Source of the DNA: a bacterium
GTDB lineage: Bacteria; JADJOY01
Assembly (NCBI GenBank): GCA_046331705.1
Contig: JAXLQJ010000047.1
Location: forward strand, 1 to 57,365
Reading direction: 5' to 3'
Length of the DNA: 57,365 nucleotides
The stretch's first letter is position 1; every line of letters starts with the position of its first letter. The position numbers and the translations under genes were made by a program. The notes beneath the pieces are model-generated. The model saw only the letters and a program-made list of their open reading frames with translations, was not told the DNA's origin and did no database searches. Of the stretch, positions 9,851 through 18,517 are shown one piece after another.

Positions 9851-10515
9851 GGTTTCTTCTTCTCCTCGGACGTTTCCATCCCGGGCAGCACCAGCCACGC
9901 GGGGTCGGCTTCGGCGGTACGCGCGCGCTTCTTCAAGGCCTCGAGCGCCTTGTCCGCTTCCTCGGCTTCCGCGCGAGCCTTGGCCAGCTCGTTGCGGTGC
10001 TTGGTGCGATCGGCGGGACGGCCGTAGGTCAGGATCACGTTGCCGGCGTCGAGCTTGCGCACCGTTTCCGCCGCGCTGGTCTGACGATTGAGCGCCGCGG
10101 CCATCTGCTGCTGCCACCACGCCTTGTCGTGGCCCTCGTTGTCCTTCGGCGCCTCCTGGGCGTCCGTCTCGGCCCCCGGCGATCCGGCGGGAGGTGTGGC
10201 GCTGCGCGCGACGGGCTCGGCGCCGAAGCGGAAGATCTCGTCCGAGCCGGCGCCGCCCGATGCCGCGGGCGCACCTGCGGTCGGCGCGGATCGCTTCGGC
10301 TCCGCCGCCTCCGCCGCGGGTGCGGAGCTCGACCCGCCACCCACGCGCACCACCCGGTCTCGGTATTTCTCGGGCACCGCGGAGAGTCGGTCGGTGAGGT
10401 GCTTCGATCCCGATTCGTCCGTCCATGCGTAGGTGTCCGCGAACGCGGCTACCGGCACGACGCCCGAGACCAACACGGTGGCGAGAGCACACACGATCCC
10501 TGGCTTCTTGGTCAT
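9847..10515 (-). CDS. Secreted DUF4124-type protein
   Basis: Signal peptide ending AFA, then DTYAWTDESGSKHLTDRL..VPEKYR and a C-terminal coiled coil ending ADPAWL. Confidence 0.75.
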   Translation of the reverse strand: MTKKPGIVCALATVLVSGVVPVAAFADTYAWTDESGSKHLTDRLSAVPEKYRDRVVRVGGGSSSAPAAEAAEPKRSAPTAGAPAASGGAGSDEIFRFGAEPVARSATPPAGSPGAETDAQEAPKDNEGHDKAWWQQQMAAALNRQTSAAETVRKLDAGNVILTYGRPADRTKHRNELAKARAEAEEADKALEALKKRARTAEADPAWLVLPGMETSEEKKKP

Positions 10516-10657
10516 CGCGTCTCTCCTGAACGCGCCGCGCGCGGCGCTCGCGATCGAGGCCCGAAGCACGCAGTGAGAAACACTCCCTCGCTGCGGGGGG
10601 CCGCGATCATGATACGCGACCCACGGCGATGCAAGGCGAAACGAGGTGCGTGACGCG

Positions 10658-11335
10658 TCATGCGTCGGGGTCCGCGATCACGCGCAGCGCCGCCGCGGTG
10701 CGCGGTGCGCGCTTCGCGATCCGCGGATCGCGAAGCTCGACGCCGAGTCGCACCAGGTCCGCGGGCTCGTCCACGTCCGCCCAGCTCGGCAAGAGCGCGA
10801 CGCGCAGGCCGCGGTCGCGAACCCGCCCCAGCGTGGCGTCGAGAACACGGGAGGTGCTCATCGGGACGTCGAAGATCCCCGGCACCGGCCGCGCCAAGCC
10901 GAGCGCGTAGTAGCCACCGTCGTGATCGGGGCCGACCACCACGGCCGCTCCCGCCGCCAGCCGCGTGAACGCCTCGGTCACGTGCTCGAGCGGCAGCGTC
11001 GGCAGGTCCGTGCCCACCACCACCACCGCCGACGCCCCGTGCGCGAACGCCTCCTCGACCACGGCCTGCATCCGCTCCCCCAGCCCCGCGCCGCGTTGCG
11101 GGATGCACCGGAAACGATCGCGATAACGGTCGAGCCACGGCGCGTCCACGTGCGGCGGCCACACCGCGAGGACTCGCTCGAGGGAGTCGAGGGCCGCGAC
11201 CCGCTCGCTCAAGTCGTCGAGAAACGCCCGATAGAGTCGGGCCGCTCCTTCGGCGCCGAGTACCGGGGCGAGGCGGGTCTTGACCTCCCCCGCCACCGGC
11301 TCCTTCGCCATCAGCACGAGCCACGGGCGAGTCAC
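10658..11335 (-). CDS. TIGR04282/DUF2064 family glycosyltransferase-like (nucleotide-diphospho-sugar transferase fold)
   Basis: MAKEPVAGEVKTRL, QRGAGLGERM, GTDLP, GPDHDGGYYALG and DVDEPADL. GTG start overlaps the upstream stop. Confidence 0.88.
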   Translation of the reverse strand: MTRPWLVLMAKEPVAGEVKTRLAPVLGAEGAARLYRAFLDDLSERVAALDSLERVLAVWPPHVDAPWLDRYRDRFRCIPQRGAGLGERMQAVVEEAFAHGASAVVVVGTDLPTLPLEHVTEAFTRLAAGAAVVVGPDHDGGYYALGLARPVPGIFDVPMSTSRVLDATLGRVRDRGLRVALLPSWADVDEPADLVRLGVELRDPRIAKRAPRTAAALRVIADPDA

Positions 11336-13239
11336 GGCGCTGCACCGGCGTCGACGCGGCTGGCAGGGCGGAGCGCCGATTCGGCGCCGGGGTCGAGGCT
11401 TGGCCCGGACGCGAGCACGCCGGGGGAAGCCGCCTTTTCCAAGCGCTCGAGGCGCAGCGCGCGTGCGTTGCTCGCGGGTGGGCTGCGCGGGTTCCAGCCG
11501 CGCGCCGCGGCGAGCGCCTCGTCGTGGCGTCCGAGGGACGCGAGCGCATCGATCCACACCGGGAGCACCTCGTCGGCTCGGTCGGGGCGCTCGGCGGCAA
11601 GGCCGGCGAGCTCGCGCAGCGCCCCGAGCGCATCGCCGCGCCGAAGCGCGATCTCCGCCCTGCCGATCCGCACCGACGGCACGTTCCCGGCGAGCTCGAA
11701 GGTGCGAGCGAACGCTTCCAGCGCATCGGCGTCGCGACCCCGGGCGCTCTCGACGCGCGCCAGCGCGAGCCACGTCGCTCCGTCGCGTGGTCCGACGGCG
11801 GTGGCGTCGTGCAGCACCGCCGCGGCCTCGTCGAGCGCGCCGCGGCTCGCCAGCAACCCCGCCAACGCCCGCGATGCGTCGGTGACCCGCGGGTTGATGC
11901 GAAGCACCTCACGGTACTCGCTCTCCGCCTCGCGACTTCGCCCGGCGGACGCCAACGCACTGGCCAGCATGTCGTGGGCACGCCAGCTCCGCGGGCTGGC
12001 CGCCACGGTGGCACGAGCGAGGCTCGCGTCGTCCCGCCAATCGCCCGTTCGCACCACGCTGCGCGCGGCGAGCAATCCGAGCAGGAGCACGCCGAGCGTG
12101 CGCAGCCACGTGGTTCGCGGCCCAGGCCAACGCTGCCAGCCAGCAGCGACCAGCCACGCGAAGCCGACCGCCGGCAGATAGAGCAGCCGCTCCGCCGTCA
12201 CCGTTCGCATCGGGACCAGCAGGTTCGACACCGGAAGATACGTGAGCGCCGTCAGCAACGCGGCGGTCGCGAGCACGGGTCGCCGCCAATCCAGCGCGAG
12301 CGCTCCCAACGCGAGCACCGCGGCGCCTCCCAGCAGCACCCGCGGCTCGAGCCAGCTCACGGCTTGCGGGATCTGATCGAACGAATAGTCGGCGCTCAAT
12401 CGGATCGGAAAGACGAAGACTCGGATCGCGTTGCTCACCAGCGCGAGCGCGGTGCGCAGCTGCGCGGGTCGTCCCCAGTGGAAGAGCGGATTGTCCGAGA
12501 AGGGCGGCAGCGACGTGTGGCCGATCGAGCCGACGGCACGCACACGCAGGACCAATCCAACCCCGACGGCGGCGACCAGCACCGCCCAGCGCGTCACCGT
12601 CCGCCCGCCGACGCGCCGACGCGCCGCCAGGTCGGCGAGCACCATCCACGCGATCAGCGGCAGCGCCGACTCCTTCGCCAGACACGCGAGCCCCAGGCAG
12701 AGCCCACTCGACACGCTGCCGCGAAGCCCGGCGCGCCGATGCTGACGAAACGCCTCGAGCCCGAGGAGGGCGGCGAGCAGATCGGCGCGCCCCACCACCG
12801 CATTGACGGCCTCGCTCGTCAGCGGGTGCACGGCGAACAGGGCGCCCGCGACTGCTCCCGCCGACACCGAGCCGAGCAACGCCCCCCCGAGCGCCGCGAC
12901 CTCGAGCGACACCAGCGTGTGCAGCGCCACGTTGACGAGGTGGTGAACCCAGGCGCGACCGCCACCGAGCGCGTGCACCAAGTGCTGCACGAGTACCGTC
13001 GCCGGGCGAAACAGGACGTCGACCTGCTCGTCGTAACCCCACCAGTAGTTGGTCGTGACGATCCGGTGCAGATCCAGCGGGCCAGCGACGAGGCGGTTCA
13101 ACACCACCGCCGGGTGGTCGTCGCCGGTGAAACCGCCACCCAGCGATGCGCCATGCGCCACCACGGCGGCCAGCGCGACCCACGGCCATGCCGCGATCCG
13201 CGCCCCCGACGGCTCGACGGCGCCGATCCGCGTGCTCAT
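11332..13239 (-). CDS. TMTC-like GT-C protein (DUF1736 + TPR repeats), putative protein O-glycosyltransferase
   Basis: FTGDD..AV, FRP, HPLTSEAV..VGRADLL, KE, LSADYS and AERLLYLP, followed by a C-terminal TPR array. Confidence 0.85.
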   Translation of the reverse strand: MSTRIGAVEPSGARIAAWPWVALAAVVAHGASLGGGFTGDDHPAVVLNRLVAGPLDLHRIVTTNYWWGYDEQVDVLFRPATVLVQHLVHALGGGRAWVHHLVNVALHTLVSLEVAALGGALLGSVSAGAVAGALFAVHPLTSEAVNAVVGRADLLAALLGLEAFRQHRRAGLRGSVSSGLCLGLACLAKESALPLIAWMVLADLAARRRVGGRTVTRWAVLVAAVGVGLVLRVRAVGSIGHTSLPPFSDNPLFHWGRPAQLRTALALVSNAIRVFVFPIRLSADYSFDQIPQAVSWLEPRVLLGGAAVLALGALALDWRRPVLATAALLTALTYLPVSNLLVPMRTVTAERLLYLPAVGFAWLVAAGWQRWPGPRTTWLRTLGVLLLGLLAARSVVRTGDWRDDASLARATVAASPRSWRAHDMLASALASAGRSREAESEYREVLRINPRVTDASRALAGLLASRGALDEAAAVLHDATAVGPRDGATWLALARVESARGRDADALEAFARTFELAGNVPSVRIGRAEIALRRGDALGALRELAGLAAERPDRADEVLPVWIDALASLGRHDEALAAARGWNPRSPPASNARALRLERLEKAASPGVLASGPSLDPGAESALRPASRVDAGAAP

Positions 13240-13400
13240 GGGCAGCTGAGATGCTCAAAAAAGCGAGGCCGGGCAACCGCCATGCGGTGGCCCGGCCATC
13301 TGCTCGCTTACGTGACCCGAGGGAAGGAAACGCGTCGGCAGCACCTACCGGAATCGTACGTCGAAACGGAACGTCGAGAACGAAATCGTGGAACGGGAAC

Positions 13401-13499
13401 TCACTTCTTCTTGGCCTTCTTCGCCGGGGCCTTCTTGGCGGCAGCCTTCTTGGGGGCGGCCTTCGCGGCACCCTTCTTCGCTGGTTTCTTCGTCGCCAT
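13401..13499 (-). CDS. 32-aa Lys/Ala-rich histone H1-like microprotein
   Basis: Translates MATKKPAKKGAAKAAPKKAAAKKAPAKKAKKK*. Strong AAGGAGG Shine-Dalgarno upstream, nearly all Lys codons are AAG, and a promoter lies upstream. Confidence 0.8.
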   Translation of the reverse strand: MATKKPAKKGAAKAAPKKAAAKKAPAKKAKKK

Positions 13500-13525
13500 G
13501 TTCACTCCTCCTTGGGATGGGCTGG

Positions 13526-13597
13526 CCTGATGCGGTGTTTTAGAGCGTTGGGTCACGCGGTCCAGTTCCTCGGGTATCCAAAAACGCTCGCATCAGG
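13526..13597 (-). other. Structured 5' leader (long imperfect inverted repeat)
   Basis: CCTGATGCG(13526)...CGCATCAGG(13597) outer stem with GAGCGTT/AACGCTC inner stem, lying between the promoter and the RBS. Confidence 0.5.
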
Positions 13598-13614
13598 ATC
13601 TAGGTGATGCACCC

Positions 13615-13643
13615 CTTCTATTCCCCTACATCTTGGGTGTCAA
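13615..13643 (-). promoter_or_regulatory. sigma70-type promoter of the microprotein gene
   Basis: TTGACA (13643-13638), 17 nt spacer, TAGAAG (13620-13615), in an AT-richer intergenic patch. Confidence 0.55.
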
Positions 13644-13941
13644 GATTTTTTCGTGGGGCTGCCGTCGTGAGATGCGGTTTGAGGCCCGCACGACCCCGTG
13701 CCCCGGTGCTGGCCCCGCCGCGACGCTCGTGGCTGGACGCCCGGATGCTTCGGGTGGGGACGACGCGTTGCGGATCGGTCCCGCGTGCCCGACACTTCCC
13801 GCGCGGCTCCGCGCGGAGCCGTGCGACCCGGATCACGCCAGGCGCTGCCGTCGGGGCGAGCGGTCACCCGGGCGCGCGGTACAATTGCGCCGCCTGCCGC
13901 TCGGCGAAACGGCTGCACGCGGGCCCATCTCCTTCGCCCTC

Positions 13942-15441
13942 ATGTCCCGGTTCGATCCCCGCCCCGATCGCGACGAGATCGTGCTCGTCTACCCGCCGAC
14001 CGGCTGGGAGGACCCCCGCGTCGTGCTGCCGCCGCTTTCGCTGCTGACGCTGGTTCCGCCGCTGGTTCGCGAAGGGTTGCGCGCCACGGTCCTCGACGTG
14101 CGCAAGGACGCCGCGTGGCGCGAGACCCTCGCGGGGCGGGTGCGAACCGGTCGCGTCCTGGCGGTGGGCATCTCGTCGATGACCGGCCCGCAGATCCTGG
14201 GAGGTCTCGACGCCGCACGTGTGACGCGCGACGTGGACCCCAGCGTGCCGGTGGTGTGGGGAGGCGTGCATCCGTCGCTGGTGCCCGATTCGACGCTGCG
14301 CCACGACCTGGTGGATGCGATCGTGGTCGGCGAAGGCGATCGATCGTTGCCGGCGCTCGCGAACGCGCTGCGCAACGGCCATTCGCTCACGGAGGTGGCC
14401 GGCGTCGGTGTGCTCGATGGGTCCGGTGAGCCTCGCGTCACACCCGAGGCATCGCGGACTCCGCTCGACGAGATGGCGATCCCGCAATACGACGCCGTCG
14501 ACCTCACCCGTTACCGCTCGACGCTCTTCGGCTCGCCCGCGCGCAGCCTTCCTTTCGTCACGAGCCGTGGGTGCCCGTATCGCTGTACGTACTGCTACAA
14601 CCGCGTGTTCGATCGCCGCCGTTGGCGCGCGATGTCGGCCCACCGCGCGCGCACCGTGTTCGAGGAGATCCACGCTCGTTTCGGCGCGCGCGACATCTTC
14701 CTGCTCGACGACGAGTTCTTCATCGACATCCAGCGGGTGCGCGAGTTCACCGAGGAGATCCGCCGCTCGTCCGTGCCGTTCCAGTTCCACAACGCGAATT
14801 GCCGCGTGGGCGAGGTGTTGCGCTTCACCGACGACGATCTCGCCGGCATCTGCGCCAGCGGTTTTCGGCAGATGTTCGTGGGCGTGGAGTCCGGCAACGA
14901 CGAAGTGCTCGACCGCATGGAAAAGGATCACACGGTCCAGGACGTCCTCGACGCCAATCGCCGGCTGGCCGCGACCGAGCTGGTGCCGGCGTACAGCTTC
15001 ATGGCCGGCCTCCCCTTCGAGCGCGTGGAGCAAGTCCACGACACCCTCGCGCTGATGGAGCGGCTGGTGCGCGAGAACCCCAAGGCGCGCATCCTTCCGC
15101 TCTCGCTCTACTCGCCGTTCCCGGGAACGCCGCTCTTCGAAACCTGCACCTCGCTCGGCTTCCAGGCTCCCACCGATCTCGAGTCGTGGACGCGCATCCG
15201 CTACGACCGCAACAACTTCCCCGGATACACCGCCGCGGACTCTCGCTTCCTCGAGGACGTCCACTACCTGAGCGGCTTCCTCGACGGACGAACCTTCCGC
15301 ACCACGAGCCTCGGGCTGGCACCGCTGCGCGCCTGGCTCGGTCGCACCGTGCGGTGGCGCGCCCGCCACCGACGCTGGGGTGGCCGCGTGCTGATGACGC
15401 TGCGCCGCTGGCGACGCGAACGCATTCGCGCCGGTACATGA
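13942..15441 (+). CDS. Cobalamin-binding radical SAM protein (class B methyltransferase-like)
   Basis: B12-binding N-domain (PPLSL, VGISSMTG, VVWGGVHPS, GEGD), TSRGCPYRCTYC, DDEF, GVESG and YSPFPGT. Confidence 0.9.
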   Translation: MSRFDPRPDRDEIVLVYPPTGWEDPRVVLPPLSLLTLVPPLVREGLRATVLDVRKDAAWRETLAGRVRTGRVLAVGISSMTGPQILGGLDAARVTRDVDPSVPVVWGGVHPSLVPDSTLRHDLVDAIVVGEGDRSLPALANALRNGHSLTEVAGVGVLDGSGEPRVTPEASRTPLDEMAIPQYDAVDLTRYRSTLFGSPARSLPFVTSRGCPYRCTYCYNRVFDRRRWRAMSAHRARTVFEEIHARFGARDIFLLDDEFFIDIQRVREFTEEIRRSSVPFQFHNANCRVGEVLRFTDDDLAGICASGFRQMFVGVESGNDEVLDRMEKDHTVQDVLDANRRLAATELVPAYSFMAGLPFERVEQVHDTLALMERLVRENPKARILPLSLYSPFPGTPLFETCTSLGFQAPTDLESWTRIRYDRNNFPGYTAADSRFLEDVHYLSGFLDGRTFRTTSLGLAPLRAWLGRTVRWRARHRRWGGRVLMTLRRWRRERIRAGT

Positions 15442-16943
15442 CCGCAGCCGTCGAGCGCGCGGCGCGCGCGGTGATGCTGCTGCAAGCCGCCGGCCTCGCG
15501 CTCGGCGTGCTGACGCAGGCGCTGGTGGCGCACCGGTTCGGCACGGGCGCCGACCTGAGCGCGTTCACCGTGGCCGCCGCGGTGGTGTCGTTCCTCGCCG
15601 ACTGGTTTCTTCGCGACGCCGTGCTGATGGCCTTGGTGCCGCCGCTGCGCGCGGCGCGCACCGACGCGGCGGAGGGCGCGCACACGGCGCGGGCGTGCCG
15701 GATCGCCGCGAGCTTCCTAGCGGGATCCGTGGCGGTCACCCTGGCGCTGGCGGTGGGCGCGGCCCCCCTGGTGCATGCGCTCGCGCCGGGGCTCGCGCCC
15801 GAGGAGAGTCGCCGCGCCGCCAAGCTGTTGGTGGCGCTGCTGCCCGCGCTACCGCTCGCGGCGTTCGCATCGTGCCTGCAAGCCGAGCTGCAGGCGCAAG
15901 CGCGTTTCACCCGGCCCGCCGCAGCCGCGCTCGCTCGCAGCGCGGCGCTCGCCGTGGCGGTTCTCTGCGCCGCGTCGTCGATGGGCATCTACGCGCTGCC
16001 GCTCGGGGTGGTCGGCGGGTACGCGCTGGCCACCGTCCTTCAGGGCAGCGCCTGGCCGAGCGTTCGGCGCTGGCTCCGCCCAGCAGCCGCGCGCGGCGGG
16101 TCGGAGTCGTGGCTCGCGGCGCTGGCTCCCGTGGCGGGCATGCTGGCGCTCGGGGCCGCCGGGCACGTGAATCTGCTCACGGATCGCTGGTTCGTGTCGC
16201 GGCTTCCGAGCCAAGCGCTGCCCCAGCTCGGGTACGCGGAGCGCTTTCGCTTCCCGATCATGGCGCTCTTCGCGATCTCGGTCAGCGGGCCCGCGCTCAC
16301 GTATCTCTCGGAGGCCGCGATCCGGCGCGATTGGGACCAGGCGCGGCGCACCGTGCGCGCCGCGGCGGGCTTGGTGGCACGAACGGCGCTTCCGGCGCTC
16401 GTGGTGATGTGGCTGGCGCGCCGCGATCTGGTGGCGATCTGGCTCGAGCGCGGGGCGTTCTCGCCTGCCGACACCGCCGAGGTGGCCGCGGTGCTGGCGC
16501 GGCTCATCCCCGCGTTCGCCGTCAACGCGTTCTCGCCACTGGTGATCGCGGCGTTCTTCGCGCTCGGCCGCACCCGCGAGCTGGTCGGCGTGGTCGCCGT
16601 CGAGATGGTGGCCAATGCGGTCCTCGATGCCTGGTGGGTCGAGCCGTTCGGCCTGATCGGCGTCGCGTGGGCCACCACCGTGGCGACCCTGGCCGCGAAC
16701 GTGGTGTTGTGGCGGCTGCTCGTCCGCGAGCTGGGCGGGATCGGACCGCTGCCGCTGCGCACGACGGTCCGCGTGGTGGGTACGCTTCTCGTCCTGGCGC
16801 TCGCGGTGCGAGGCGTCCTCGTGGTGGGCGCGGACTGGCACACGCTGGCGCGGGTGGTGAGCGTCGCCGCGCTGGGCGTCGCCGCGCTCGGTCTCGACTG
16901 GTGGCTCGGCCAGGCCGGTTCTCGCAGCGCCGCACGGCACTGA
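15438..16943 (+). CDS. MurJ/MviN-like (MOP superfamily) lipid-linked glycan flippase
   Basis: ATGA-coupled to the rSAM gene. FGTGADLSAF, DRWFVS, LGYAER, LERGAFS..DT and AAFFALGRTR. Confidence 0.8.
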   Translation: MTAAVERAARAVMLLQAAGLALGVLTQALVAHRFGTGADLSAFTVAAAVVSFLADWFLRDAVLMALVPPLRAARTDAAEGAHTARACRIAASFLAGSVAVTLALAVGAAPLVHALAPGLAPEESRRAAKLLVALLPALPLAAFASCLQAELQAQARFTRPAAAALARSAALAVAVLCAASSMGIYALPLGVVGGYALATVLQGSAWPSVRRWLRPAAARGGSESWLAALAPVAGMLALGAAGHVNLLTDRWFVSRLPSQALPQLGYAERFRFPIMALFAISVSGPALTYLSEAAIRRDWDQARRTVRAAAGLVARTALPALVVMWLARRDLVAIWLERGAFSPADTAEVAAVLARLIPAFAVNAFSPLVIAAFFALGRTRELVGVVAVEMVANAVLDAWWVEPFGLIGVAWATTVATLAANVVLWRLLVRELGGIGPLPLRTTVRVVGTLLVLALAVRGVLVVGADWHTLARVVSVAALGVAALGLDWWLGQAGSRSAARH

Positions 16944-17217
16944 ACCGGGCTGGCCGCGGCGGCACCCGACCCGAGCCGGGATCGGGTGCGCCGGGCAGGA
17001 ATCGCCACCTGCGACGACGGCGGCCCAGTCGACGCAGCGGCCGTGGCGAACGCTCGCGCCACCCCACCCGGATCCTCGCTCGGCACGTGCAGCCGCTTCG
17101 GGCGCCTTCGAGCCCGAGGCGCTGCATCGCGCACGGCGGCAATGCTACTATCTTCCTTTCCCGTCGGACCCCGACCGCGGTCGCGCGGCTTCGGAAACTC
17201 AGGGTGAGAGCGTTGGC

Positions 17218-18447
17218 ATGAAGATCCTGATCGTGTCTCCCTACCTGCCACGCTCAGGCATCGGGCACGGCGGCGGGTTGGTCATCTACAACCTGCTTCG
17301 GCACCTGGGACCACGCCACCGCATCACGCTGCTGAGCTTCCTGCAGCACCCCGACGAGGCCGCGCACCTCGGCGAGATCGAGCCGTACGTCGAGCGCATC
17401 CGCACGGTGGTGCACGACTTCGAGCACATCTCGAAGGCCGAGCGCCTGCGCAACGTGCTGAGTCCCGATCCGAGCTTCACGGTCCACCTCACCGACCCCG
17501 CGTTCCTCGGCGAGCTCAAGCGGCTCATCTCCACGGAATCGTTCGACATCGTTCAGCTCGAGTACCTCTTCCTCGCGCACTACGCGCGGCACATCCAGCA
17601 CCCGCGGATCGTGCTCGATCTGATCGAATGCTTCGGCCGGCACTGGCGGGGGCGTATCCGCAACGAGCGGCTGACTCCGCGGCAAGCCTATTTCCGCTTC
17701 GATTGGTGGAAGGCCGAGCGCTTCGAGCGTTCGATCATCCGCCACTTCCGTAAGGTCTTCACGCTCACCGACGAGGATCGCGCGTGGCTGCTGGCGCGCT
17801 GCCCCGACCTTCCGATTCACGTGCGGCTGCCTGGCGTGGACCTGCCGGAGCTGGCGACGATCGCGGATCGACCCCGCAAAGGGATCCTCTTCGTCGGCTC
17901 GTTCAAGCACCCCGCCAACCACGACGGCCTGGCCTATTTCCTCAAGGAGGTCTTCCCGCGCATTCGCGCGACGCGTCCCGAGACCGTGCTCACGGTGGTC
18001 GGCGCTCCGGCCCCGCGCGAGTTCGAGTCGGTGCCGGGCGTGGACGTTCGCGGCTTCGTCGACGACCTGGAGCCCGTGTATCGCGCTGCCCAGCTCTGCA
18101 TCGCGCCGATCCGCTTCGGCGGCGGCATCAAGACCAAGGTGCTCGAGGCCCTCGCCCACGAGGTGCCGGTGGTCACCACGCCGCTCGGCGCCGAGGGCAT
18201 CGGCGCCAGCGACGGCCGTGAGCTGGTGGTGGCCAAGGGCGCTGCCGAGTTCGCCAGCCAAACCGTCGAGTTGCTCGACGATCCGGCGCGCTGCGAGCGC
18301 ATGGGAAAGGCCGGGCGCCGCCTGGTGGCGACGCGCTATGCCTGGCAGCCGATCATCGACGAGCTCGACGCGCACTATCGCGACCTGCTGGGGGAGACCG
18401 CGGACGTGGCCCCGGTGGTTGCGGCGCCCTCGGTGGTCACGCTGTGA
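17218..18447 (+). CDS. Glycosyltransferase family 4
   Basis: FVGSFKHPANHDG and APIRFGGGIKTKVLEALAHEVPVVTT. Confidence 0.9.
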   Translation: MKILIVSPYLPRSGIGHGGGLVIYNLLRHLGPRHRITLLSFLQHPDEAAHLGEIEPYVERIRTVVHDFEHISKAERLRNVLSPDPSFTVHLTDPAFLGELKRLISTESFDIVQLEYLFLAHYARHIQHPRIVLDLIECFGRHWRGRIRNERLTPRQAYFRFDWWKAERFERSIIRHFRKVFTLTDEDRAWLLARCPDLPIHVRLPGVDLPELATIADRPRKGILFVGSFKHPANHDGLAYFLKEVFPRIRATRPETVLTVVGAPAPREFESVPGVDVRGFVDDLEPVYRAAQLCIAPIRFGGGIKTKVLEALAHEVPVVTTPLGAEGIGASDGRELVVAKGAAEFASQTVELLDDPARCERMGKAGRRLVATRYAWQPIIDELDAHYRDLLGETADVAPVVAAPSVVTL

Positions 18448-18517
18448 GCTCGCGCACCGGCCGGCCTTCGTGCACGCGGCGCGCGCGGACGTGCGCACGC
18501 CCGAGCCTGCTCCCCCG

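Noticed and set aside
13650-13941. Cobalamin riboswitch upstream of the B12-rSAM gene
   Set aside because: Hairpins are present, but I could not find the conserved GGGAA / CCCGCAACTGT / GCCACTG / B12-box elements.
13401-15441. Lys-rich peptide + B12-rSAM as a RiPP locus
   Set aside because: The genes are divergent, there is no RRE, peptidase or peptide exporter, and the rSAM is coupled to a flippase and GTs. Kept only as a weak alternative.
16962-16989. Hairpin after the MurJ-like gene as an intrinsic terminator
   Set aside because: The stem is real but there is no U tract, so function is not supportable.
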